From an uncultured delta proteobacterium (GTDB taxonomy: Bacteria > Myxococcota_A > Polyangia > Palsa-1104), in the NCBI GenBank assembly GCA_963785725.1, contig CAWAWS010000007.1:672001-736000 (forward strand): a DNA stretch of 64,000 nt, read 5' to 3'. Position 1 is the stretch's first letter. Each line of letters opens with the position of its first letter. The notes beneath the pieces are model-generated. The model was not told where the DNA came from. It did no database searches and saw only the letters and a list, made by a program, of their open reading frames with translations. Below, piece after piece: positions 19,842 through 27,534 of the stretch. The translations under genes and the position numbers were made by a program.

Positions 19842-20501
19842 GTTTACCCCGACGTAGGCGGCCCGCCGGTCAACGTCGATCGGTGGCCTGACACGCAGGC
19901 CAAGAACCGCGCTTTTGCAATCTTCGAGCGATTGAGCGTGGCGACCTTCGACGGGACCGAAGCAGAGCGCGACGGGGTGCCATACCTGCGATTCACGCCC
20001 GAGGCGCAAGAGCTGTTTAACGTCTGGTACGGCGACCTAAGAAATCAGCTCTACCGGGGCAACGACGAATCGGTCATCACCGCGCACCTGTCCAAGTTTA
20101 GCAGCCTCATGCCGTCGCTGGCGCTGATCTTCCATCTAGCCGACGGCGCGTGGGCTGACGCGGTCGGTGGCGCTGTCAGCGGTGGCGCCGCTGCGCTCGC
20201 GGTCCGCTGGTGCGCGCTACTCGAGGCGCACGCACGGCGCGTCTACCAAGTCGTTACAGAGCGAACACAAGGCGCCGCGCGCCAACTCGCGGCGAAGATT
20301 CGCGCAGGCAAGCTGCTCACCGGCTTCACATTGCGCGAGATCCAGCGCAAGGACTGTTCGGGGCTCATCGAACACGACGACGTCGATCGCGCGCTCGGGT
20401 TGCTGGAGGAATACGGTTGGCTGAGGAGCTATAGCGTCGCAACGGGCGGTCGCCCAACGACGCGTTACTCAATCAACCCAGCATTGCCGGTGCAACTGTG
20501 A
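19842..20501 (+). pseudogene. C-terminal fragment of a DUF3987/YfjI-like (primase-associated helicase) protein
   Basis: Starts abruptly at VYPD; LRFTPEAQELF..W, HLSKFSSLMPSLALIFHL, HARRVY and terminal wHTH LEEYGWL..TGGRPTTRY.INP; no start codon or N-terminal domains. Confidence 0.7.
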
Positions 20502-20533
20502 AACGAGTTGTGCTCCATCTCGCCGGCGACGCA

Positions 20534-21130
20534 CTACAAGCAACCAGGCTGATCGGGGCGAGGAATCGTGACGAGCGGGATCTTACCGACGATCTTGGAT
20601 ACGTCATTGAACAGGTGGTGCAGGCCGAAGACGGCAAGGACGACGACGGCCTTTGCATCCGATTCGGTTCGCTCGAGCGTTCCGAAAGTGCTCGCGCCGC
20701 CGACGTCCTTCATGACGAGGTCGAGGTACTGGTACAGCTTCTCAATTCGAGCAAACGGTTTGTCGGTAGTGACGTCGATGTTGACACGATGGGCGAGTTG
20801 ATTCCGAAGATCACGCAATCCGTCAAGCGCGTCCGCTTCGAGCGTTCGGATGATGCCAACAAGGCTCGCAAGCTGAATGCGCGCCGAGAATGTGCCGACC
20901 GGAGCGTTTGCGTTGCCGTCGAGACCCAAGAATTTCTCAATTGCTTTGGGCTCTCCGACGAGGCGTTGCGCAAGCATTTCTGCCAGCGCTGCATCGAGAC
21001 CAGCGCCGCCAATGATGACGGCTTCGCGCACGCTGAGTCGTTGCATCTCGTTGATAGATTCCATTGCGGACAACCCATCGGCCCCGGCGAAAAAGGGCAT
21101 GACATCCGTCGACCATTTTTCCATTCGCAT
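20534..21130 (-). CDS. MtlR/MltR-like HEPN-superfamily protein
   Basis: LDAALAEML, APVGTFSARIQLA..VGII, RDLRNQLAH (RxxxxH); AAGGAGG RBS. Confidence 0.7.
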   Translation of the reverse strand: MRMEKWSTDVMPFFAGADGLSAMESINEMQRLSVREAVIIGGAGLDAALAEMLAQRLVGEPKAIEKFLGLDGNANAPVGTFSARIQLASLVGIIRTLEADALDGLRDLRNQLAHRVNIDVTTDKPFARIEKLYQYLDLVMKDVGGASTFGTLERTESDAKAVVVLAVFGLHHLFNDVSKIVGKIPLVTIPRPDQPGCL

Positions 21131-21181
21131 CGCTGCCTCCTTCGAAATCTTCGCACGTATCCGAATAGGTCAGCGACGGTG

Positions 21182-21202
21182 AATGCAAATTATACTTGCA
21201 TT
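21182..21202. promoter_or_regulatory. Palindromic operator-like site containing a perfect -10 box in an AT-rich divergent promoter region
   Basis: AATGCAA-N7-TTGCATT; TATAAT on the minus strand at 21189-21194. Confidence 0.5.
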
Positions 21203-21291
21203 GAAAAACATTTATTGCTAGGTGTATTGGTAAGATGACTGCCAGAAATGTTTCCGGGACGGCGGCAGCGACGGTAAAGTTAGGACCGTCG

Positions 21292-21504
21292 ATGCCTCGT
21301 AAACCTAAGCGCGTCAAAGCTGGCGCCACAGGGACCGTGCACCTGTCCTTCATCGTTGAAGCTGACCTCGTGCGCGTCGTCGACGAAGAGTCAGAGCGCA
21401 TGAAGGCCGAGGACGACTACGGCCGTACCGTGAGCCGCACTGATACCGTGCGGTCGCTGATCAAAGACGGCCTAAAGTACCGCGCCGAAAAGCGCGGCAA
21501 GTAG
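21292..21504 (+). CDS. Ribbon-helix-helix (CopG/Arc-like) DNA-binding protein
   Basis: Alternating strand VHLSFIV, helix, then SRTDTVRSLIKDGL. Confidence 0.65.
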   Translation: MPRKPKRVKAGATGTVHLSFIVEADLVRVVDEESERMKAEDDYGRTVSRTDTVRSLIKDGLKYRAEKRGK

Positions 21505-21510
21505 TTTCTC

Positions 21511-21620
21511 GCCGTCGGCCTCCCGACGGCTATAGCACCTCGCGACTCACTTCAAGTCGCGAAAATAACTGCGCCCGTCGATCCCCTTTCAGCTTGGCGG
21601 CGGAAGGGACGGACGGGCGC
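21511..21620 (+). ncRNA. Candidate structured RNA / attenuator of three consecutive hairpins
   Basis: GCCGTCGG/CCGACGGC (21511-21530), TCGCGACT/AGTCGCGA (21540-21562), GCGCCCGTC..CCCTT/AAGGG..GACGGGCGC (21571-21620), directly followed by GAAGGAG RBS. Confidence 0.4.
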
Positions 21621-21634
21621 GAAGGAGCAAGCCC

Positions 21635-21790
21635 ATGCTATGCACAGGCTACAGCTACGTCAATGTTTCAGAGGTCCCTCCCGTCGACGAATTTGAAGAC
21701 GAGCCCACGCGCCCCGATCTGCTCGCGGCGCTGCCGATGGCGGCGATCGTATTCGGCGCGGCGAACGACGACGCGGTCGTGCGCTCGTGA
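21635..21790 (+). CDS. 51-aa hypothetical protein (below the ORF-track cut-off)
   Basis: AAGGAG RBS; MLCTGYSYVNVSEVPP...AANDDAVVRS; GTGA overlap with the next gene. Confidence 0.55.
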   Translation: MLCTGYSYVNVSEVPPVDEFEDEPTRPDLLAALPMAAIVFGAANDDAVVRS

Positions 21791-22080
21791 AGGTGGCTCA
21801 AATGAGTCGCCCTTGCGACATGACGGCGCTATCGCTCCACGTCGAGCGGGCCCACGCGATCGTCGACCTACTCTACGAGAGTCTCGTCGATTCGTCTGCC
21901 GTCGGACTGGAGACGACGCGATCCCTCGACGCGATCGGCGCGCTGCTTGGCTATGCAGAAGACGAGCTGGCGCGACACGCGCAGGACGAACTCGCGAAGG
22001 ACGCGGCAGCGGTGGAGGCGGAACAAGCGCGGGTTGAGGCCCACATCGCAGCAGAGCGCAAGCGCCAGGTGCGCCGATGA
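21787..22080 (+). CDS. Hypothetical helical/coiled-coil protein
   Basis: Coupled to neighbours by GTGA and ATGA overlaps. Confidence 0.6.
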   Translation: MKVAQMSRPCDMTALSLHVERAHAIVDLLYESLVDSSAVGLETTRSLDAIGALLGYAEDELARHAQDELAKDAAAVEAEQARVEAHIAAERKRQVRR

Positions 22081-22499
22081 GCGCACTCGAGATCATGCTT
22101 GTGGCCATGCCCGACATGGCTCGTCTCGTGACGAAAAACACCTGGGAACGGCTCAGCTATGTCTTTCAGGTCGACGGACCGTCCGATCTGCACCGCAAGA
22201 TCAAAGAGCATCAGCCGGACATTGTCGTGCTCGACTGGCGGATCAGCGGCAATACGTGGCGCGTCATCGACGAGGTACCGACCATTGTCTCGAAGACGGC
22301 GACGCATCCGCTCGTGATTTTTGTCGGAGGCAGCAGCAACGAAAGCGTTGACCGTGAAGCGGCGCGCCGCTGCTGCTATGACGTCGTCGGACTTACCGAT
22401 AATTCCAATTGGGCGTCTGAAGTCGCCCAAGCCATCGGGTGCGCAGCTCAGAACCGTTGGCGGGCGTCCGACGGGACGCACGAATGGACCTTGCACTAG
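22077..22499 (+). CDS. Stand-alone atypical response-regulator receiver-like domain
   Basis: HQPDIVVLDW with phospho-acceptor-position Asp; lacks the N-terminal DD and the conserved Lys. Confidence 0.6.
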   Translation: MSALEIMLVAMPDMARLVTKNTWERLSYVFQVDGPSDLHRKIKEHQPDIVVLDWRISGNTWRVIDEVPTIVSKTATHPLVIFVGGSSNESVDREAARRCCYDVVGLTDNSNWASEVAQAIGCAAQNRWRASDGTHEWTLH

Positions 22500-22561
22500 T
22501 CACCGAGCGCGCCGCACCAGCTCGGGCGGCGCCGCTTTTACCTTTTGCAGGGAGCCGATTC

Positions 22562-23782
22562 ATGGGCGATGAGCCGAAACCGAAACGCGGCGATCGTGGC
22601 ATCGTCCGCCGCCGCGGCCACTTTTATCTGCGCTACGTCGACGTCGACGGCGTGCGCCGCACGAAGCTCGCTCGCGGTGTCACCACAATCGTCGACGCGC
22701 GCGCCGTGCTCGCCAAGATCGAGGAGCGCGTCACCAAGGGGCTCGTCGGCATCGAGGAGCGCACCGAGGAGACGCGGCAGCGCGCGACGCTGACGATCCG
22801 CGAGCTCTTCGACAAGTTCATGACCGACTACTCGCCGCCGCGCGTAAAGAACCTCGACGAGTATCGCAACCAGACGCGCAGCGTCTTCAGCACGCGCGTC
22901 CTGCCAACGCTCGGCTCGCGGCCGGCGGTGAGCCTGACCAACCGCGACGTCGAGCGGCTGCGAGACGGCCTCATCGCCGACACCTACGCCGCCGGCTCGG
23001 TCGCCTGGACAATGGCGCGGCTATCGAAGCTGTACGCCTGGGGCAACGCGCAGAAGCTGATCGACTGCCGCAGCCCCGTGACTGGCGTCGAGTATCCGGT
23101 CGCCCTGAGCCTGCTCGACTACCTGCGCCGCGAGGAGGTGACGGCTCTGCTCGGCTGGCTCGACACCAACGAAGCCAAGCTCGAGGCGCGCACGCTGCAG
23201 CAGGTGCGCCCGATGATCTGGACCGGCCTCTACACCGGCCTGCGAAAAGGCGAGCTGCTCGGCTTGAGGTGGATCGACGTCCACCTCGACGCGATGCGCA
23301 TCGACGTGAACCGCTCCTACCTCGGCCTACCGAAGTCGGGCAAGCCGCGCTACCTGCCGCTGCACCCTGACCTGGCGCCCATCCTGCGCGCGTGGCGTGA
23401 GCGCCAGACGCAGCTGCAGGCCGCAGAGGACAGCGGGCTTGTGTTCCCCGCCCACTACCCCGGCGAGGGCTGGAAGATGGGCGAGAGGCGCCACACGTTC
23501 GGCCTGCGGCAGTGGCTCAAGTGGGCCGGCTGCCACGTACCCAAGCGGCGGCCGTGGCACCTCCTGCGCCACACGTTCGCGAGCCACTTCATGATGAGCG
23601 GCGGCAACGTGCTGACGCTGCAAAAGCTGCTGGGACACAGCCGGCTCGAGACGACGCTGATCTACGCCCACCTCGCGCCCGACCACCTGGCGAGCGAAGT
23701 GGCGCGGCTGACCTTCGCGGCGAAGGCTGCTACCGTCGACAGCATAGAGGAGCAGCGGCGCCTGCGCGCCGCCGGTGGATAG
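22562..23782 (+). CDS. int: Tyrosine recombinase/phage integrase
   Basis: TGLRKGEL (R), PKSGK (K), HLLRH (HxxR), LLGHS (H), TLIY (Y); N-terminal arm-binding-like region; GGGAG RBS. Confidence 0.95.
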   Translation: MGDEPKPKRGDRGIVRRRGHFYLRYVDVDGVRRTKLARGVTTIVDARAVLAKIEERVTKGLVGIEERTEETRQRATLTIRELFDKFMTDYSPPRVKNLDEYRNQTRSVFSTRVLPTLGSRPAVSLTNRDVERLRDGLIADTYAAGSVAWTMARLSKLYAWGNAQKLIDCRSPVTGVEYPVALSLLDYLRREEVTALLGWLDTNEAKLEARTLQQVRPMIWTGLYTGLRKGELLGLRWIDVHLDAMRIDVNRSYLGLPKSGKPRYLPLHPDLAPILRAWRERQTQLQAAEDSGLVFPAHYPGEGWKMGERRHTFGLRQWLKWAGCHVPKRRPWHLLRHTFASHFMMSGGNVLTLQKLLGHSRLETTLIYAHLAPDHLASEVARLTFAAKAATVDSIEEQRRLRAAGG

Positions 23783-23811
23783 TCGAAAATGGATACAGGA
23801 TGGATACGGCC
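23783..23811 (+). repeat. Putative integrase arm-type binding doublet, right end
   Basis: TCGAAAATGGATACAGGATGGATACGGCC; matches 14985-15013. Confidence 0.75.
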
Positions 23812-23862
23812 GGCTACGCTAGAACAGTAACCGTATGAAAGGAGCGAGGAAAATGGACGATT

Positions 23863-23881
23863 TCGTCTACATATTGGCGAT
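23863..23881. repeat. att core overlapping the icd stop codon
   Basis: 19-bp exact match to 14858-14876. Confidence 0.92.
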
Positions 23882-25075
23882 GATGAGGTCGCCGAACTCG
23901 CTGCACTTCACTTCGCGCGCGCCTTCCATCAAGCGCGCGAAGTCGTAGGTCACCGTCTTGTTGCCGATGCTCGTCTCGAGGCCCTTCAAGATCAGCGTCG
24001 CCGCCTCGTTCCAGCCGAGATGCTCGAGCATCATGACGCCCGAGAGCACGACCGAGCCCGGGTTGACCTTGTCCTGGTCGGCGTACTTCGGCGCCGTGCC
24101 GTGCGTGGCCTCGAACACGGCGTGGCCCGTCTTGTAGTTGATGTTGCCGCCGGGCGCGATGCCGATGCCGCCGACCTGCGCCGCCAGCGCGTCGGACAAG
24201 TAGTCGCCGTTCAAGTTCAGCGTGGCGATGACGTCGAAGTCTTCCGGCCGCGTCAACACCTGCTGCAGCGTGATGTCGGCGATGGCGTCCTTGATGACGA
24301 TGCCTTGCGGCAGCTTGACCCACGGGCCGCCGTCGAATTCGACGCCGCCGAACTCCCTCTTCGCCAGCTCGAAGCCCTAGTCGCGGAAGGCGCCCTCGGT
24401 GAACTTCATGATGTTGCCCTTGTGAACCAAGGTGACGCTCTTGCGCTTGTGGCGAATGGCGAACTCGATGGCGGCGCGAATCAAGCGCTCCGAGCCTTCG
24501 CGCGAGACCGGCTTGATGCCGATGCCCGACGTGCCCGGGAAGCGGATCTTCTTGACGCCCATCTCGTTCTCGAGGAACGCGATGACCTTCTTGGCCTCGG
24601 GCGACTCGGCGGCCCACTCGATGCCGGCGTAGATGTCCTCGGTGTTCTCGCGGAAGATGACCATGTCGACCTTCTCGGGACGCTTGACCGGCGACGGTAC
24701 GCCGGTGAAGTAGCGGACCGGGCGCAGACAGGTGTAGAGGTCGAGCATCTGGCGCAAGGCGACGTTCAACGACCGGATGCCGCCACCGACGGGCGTCGTC
24801 AACGGTCCCTTGATGCCGACCTTGTACTTCTTGAAGGCTTCGACGGTGGCGTCGGGCAGCCAGTTGTTGGTCTGCTTGAACGCCTTCTCGCCGGCGAGCA
24901 CTTCGAGCCACTGAATCTTGCGCTCGCCTTTGTAGGCCTTCTCGACGGCGGCATCGAAGACGCGCACGCTGGCGCGCCAGATGTCGCGGCCGGTGCCGTC
25001 ACCCTCGATGAACGGGATGGTGGGACGAGACGGGGTCTTCACGGTGCCGTCGGCGGCAACCTCGATCGTATCCAT
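23867..25075 (-). CDS. icd: NADP-dependent isocitrate dehydrogenase; contains an in-frame TAG at 24377-24379
   Basis: [66 protein letters not shown]; the two ORF halves are in the same frame. Confidence 0.95.
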
Positions 25076-25228
25076 GAGTGCGACTCCTTTACGTTGACGC
25101 GGAGCCGGCATCTTACGGCGGTCGGCTTTGTTTGCAACCCCGAGCTAGAACGCCGAACGGTTTGAATGCCGTGCCCGCGCAGTCCGTAAATGCGCGTCGC
25201 AGTAGGCGGTGCAGCGGTTCGGGCGGGC

Positions 25229-26557
25229 TCAGGGCGTGTTGAGGAGCACCGAGACGGTCGTGCCGCTGCTGCCGCAGACGACGTCGGGATAGCCATCGCC
25301 GTTCAAGTCGGCCACGATCGGCGTGTAGCAGCCGTCGAGCACGTTGGTCGTCGCCGGCGCCTCGTAGCTGCCGCCGTGCGCGATCGAGACGGCGACGACG
25401 GGCGCCTCCGTGCCGCCGTTCGCGCAGTCGTCGGTGCAGCCGTTCGTCGTGGTCAAGACGTCGGTGGCGCCGTCGCAGTTGAAGTCGGCGAGGGCGACGG
25501 CGATGGGCAGATCTTCGACGTCGAGCTCGCTGCCGGTCGTCGGAAACGCCGGGACCTTGCTCGAGCCGCCGTTCTTGAACGACCAGACGACGCCGCTCTG
25601 GCTCGACGCCTGCGCAATGACGATGTCGAGCAGGCCGTCGTGGTCGTAGTCGGTGAGCAGCGGTGTGCTGCCTTGGAAGACGGTGCCGGACATCATGGTC
25701 GCGTCGTACGCGAGCGTCGTGATCGAATAGCCGGCGGGCGGCGCCGAGAGCAGCATCGACAGGTCCTCGGCGTCGGCATCGTAGGTGATGAAGTCGGGCG
25801 CGCCATCGCCATTGAGGTCGCCGGCGGCCGCCGACGTCGAGCCGATGCCGGCCGCGACCAGGCTGCTCTTGGCGAACGCGCCGGTCCCGTCGCCGGCATA
25901 GAGGTACATTTTGTTGCCGCCGAAGAGCGCCAGGTCGACGTCGGTGTCGCCGTTGAATTTGCCGATGAGCGGGAAGAAGTCGGCCTGCGCCGGCAGCGCC
26001 ACCGCGACCGCGGCGGCGAACTTCACCGCGCCCGGCTTGCTCTGGTTGACGTAGACGTCGACGACGGCGTTGGTGCCGTCCCAGCAGGCGATGACGAGAT
26101 CGTCGAGCCCGTCGCCGGTGAGGTCGCCGACGGCCATGTTGTTGGGCGTGGCGCAGCTCTTGATCGGCGAGGAAGCGTCGAGGGTGAAGGTGCCGTCGCC
26201 GCCGCCGCGGAGGATGCTGAAGCTGTTGCCGGTGTAGTTGGCGCTGACGATGTCGGGCTTGCCGTCGTGGTCGATGTCCGACAGCGCGGTCTCGAAGGGC
26301 TCCCCGTCGACGACGCTGGGCTGGGTGACGGTAAACTTGACGCTGCTGGTGGGCGTGCACACGCCGTTGTCGCTGCCACCGCCGCCGGCCGAGCCGCCAC
26401 CGCCGGCCGCGCCGCCACCGCCGGCCGCGCCGCCACCGGCCGAGCCGCCGCCGCCGCCGCTGCCGCCGCCGTGGCTCGTGCCCATGAGGTCGTGGCCGTC
26501 GTAAATGACCGAGCAGCCTGCCGTTGCGAGGACGAGGCCGATCGCCAGCGCGCGCAT
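25229..26557 (-). CDS. FG-GAP/VCBS repeat lipoprotein
   Basis: Lipobox TAGC; repeated DxxxDGxxD motifs (DIDHDGKPD, DLTGDGLDD, DLNGDGAPD, DLNGDGYPD); TGATG coupling to the upstream TPR gene. Confidence 0.88.
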   Translation of the reverse strand: MRALAIGLVLATAGCSVIYDGHDLMGTSHGGGSGGGGGSAGGGAAGGGGAAGGGGSAGGGGSDNGVCTPTSSVKFTVTQPSVVDGEPFETALSDIDHDGKPDIVSANYTGNSFSILRGGGDGTFTLDASSPIKSCATPNNMAVGDLTGDGLDDLVIACWDGTNAVVDVYVNQSKPGAVKFAAAVAVALPAQADFFPLIGKFNGDTDVDLALFGGNKMYLYAGDGTGAFAKSSLVAAGIGSTSAAAGDLNGDGAPDFITYDADAEDLSMLLSAPPAGYSITTLAYDATMMSGTVFQGSTPLLTDYDHDGLLDIVIAQASSQSGVVWSFKNGGSSKVPAFPTTGSELDVEDLPIAVALADFNCDGATDVLTTTNGCTDDCANGGTEAPVVAVSIAHGGSYEAPATTNVLDGCYTPIVADLNGDGYPDVVCGSSGTTVSVLLNTP

Positions 26558-27303
26558 CAGAAGCGCACCCCGTTGCCCGCGAACGCCACGCGCGCCGGCG
26601 TCGTCGCGGCCGCGTGCTGCCCGTGATGGCGGGTCTCGACGACGGCCATGATCACCGTCGCCACCGCCGCCGCCGCCGTGACGCCGATGAGCACGTCCGT
26701 CGCCACCGCCGTCGACTTGAGCCCGCTGATTTGCGCCCCCGAGCAGCCGGCCGCCGTCGCGCCGCAGCCGCTCTTCAGATCGCCGTGATGCACGACCGTA
26801 TACGACCCGACGCCGATGGCCGCGATGCCGGCGAGCCCGGTCGCGCCCACGAGCGCCCACGTGTACTTCAGCTTCGGCTTGTCACGCTGCGGTGCCGGCG
26901 CGACGACGACCGGCGCCGGCGCCACGACCGGCTCCGCCGCCTTGGCCAACGCCGCTTTTTGCCGCTGCTGCTCCTCGTCGCGCGCTTCCAAGGCGTGAAT
27001 GCGATCTTCGACTTTGGCCTTGTCGTCGGCTTCCGGCTTCTCGATCAGGTATTGGCGCAGGAGCAGGCTCGCCGGCTGGAAATGCTCGAGATGCTCCTCG
27101 CACGCCGCCATGTTGAAGTAGAGCGCCGGCGAGTGGGACAGCGAGTGGGCCTGCTCGAAGTCGTGCAGCGCCACGTCGTACCGGCCTTGATCGTAGGCGT
27201 CTACACCGGCGTCGAAGTAGGCCTTGGCCTTGGTCATCGTCTCGCGATCGGCCCAGGCGGGCGCGGCCACGCAAAGCAAGAGCAGTGCGGCTATGGGCTT
27301 CAT
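26557..27303 (-). CDS. Secreted TPR protein with C-terminal hydrophobic segments
   Basis: Signal peptide; AKAYFDAG..YDQGRY..A..F..A..SPALYFNMA; ends VRF. Confidence 0.82.
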   Translation of the reverse strand: MKPIAALLLLCVAAPAWADRETMTKAKAYFDAGVDAYDQGRYDVALHDFEQAHSLSHSPALYFNMAACEEHLEHFQPASLLLRQYLIEKPEADDKAKVEDRIHALEARDEEQQRQKAALAKAAEPVVAPAPVVVAPAPQRDKPKLKYTWALVGATGLAGIAAIGVGSYTVVHHGDLKSGCGATAAGCSGAQISGLKSTAVATDVLIGVTAAAAVATVIMAVVETRHHGQHAAATTPARVAFAGNGVRF

Positions 27304-27534
27304 CGAGTGGCCTCGCAGAGATCGGGGTCGCGACATCGTATCCTCGAACGGTGCTACGCCGCAATTGCGTGAATCATCCGGCATGGTCGACTGACCCCTT
27401 GCGATTTCGTCGGCCGGGGTTGATTGACACCATCGAACAGGTCGCCCAACACACCTAAAACGGCTGAAACGAGGACTTACGCGGCTCGCTAAATGCCGCT
27501 ACGCGTCGGCATGATTCTGGCTCTAGCGCGGGAC

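Larger units (their letters stand above)
14858..23881. mobile_element. Integrative element / deleted prophage or phage satellite (element B) inserted in the 3' end of icd
   Basis: Direct att repeats that regenerate the icd stop codon; adjacent tyrosine integrase; RHH regulator; DUF3987-like fragment; visibly more AT-rich cargo. Confidence 0.92.

Noticed and set aside
14858..23881. Complete inducible prophage
   Set aside because: No terminase, capsid, portal or lysis genes, and the replication gene is truncated; called a defective element or satellite instead.
24377..24379. Pyrrolysine or genome-wide TAG recoding
   Set aside because: TAG terminates many genes here (mdh, icd, int), the position is a conserved Trp, and no pyl genes are visible.
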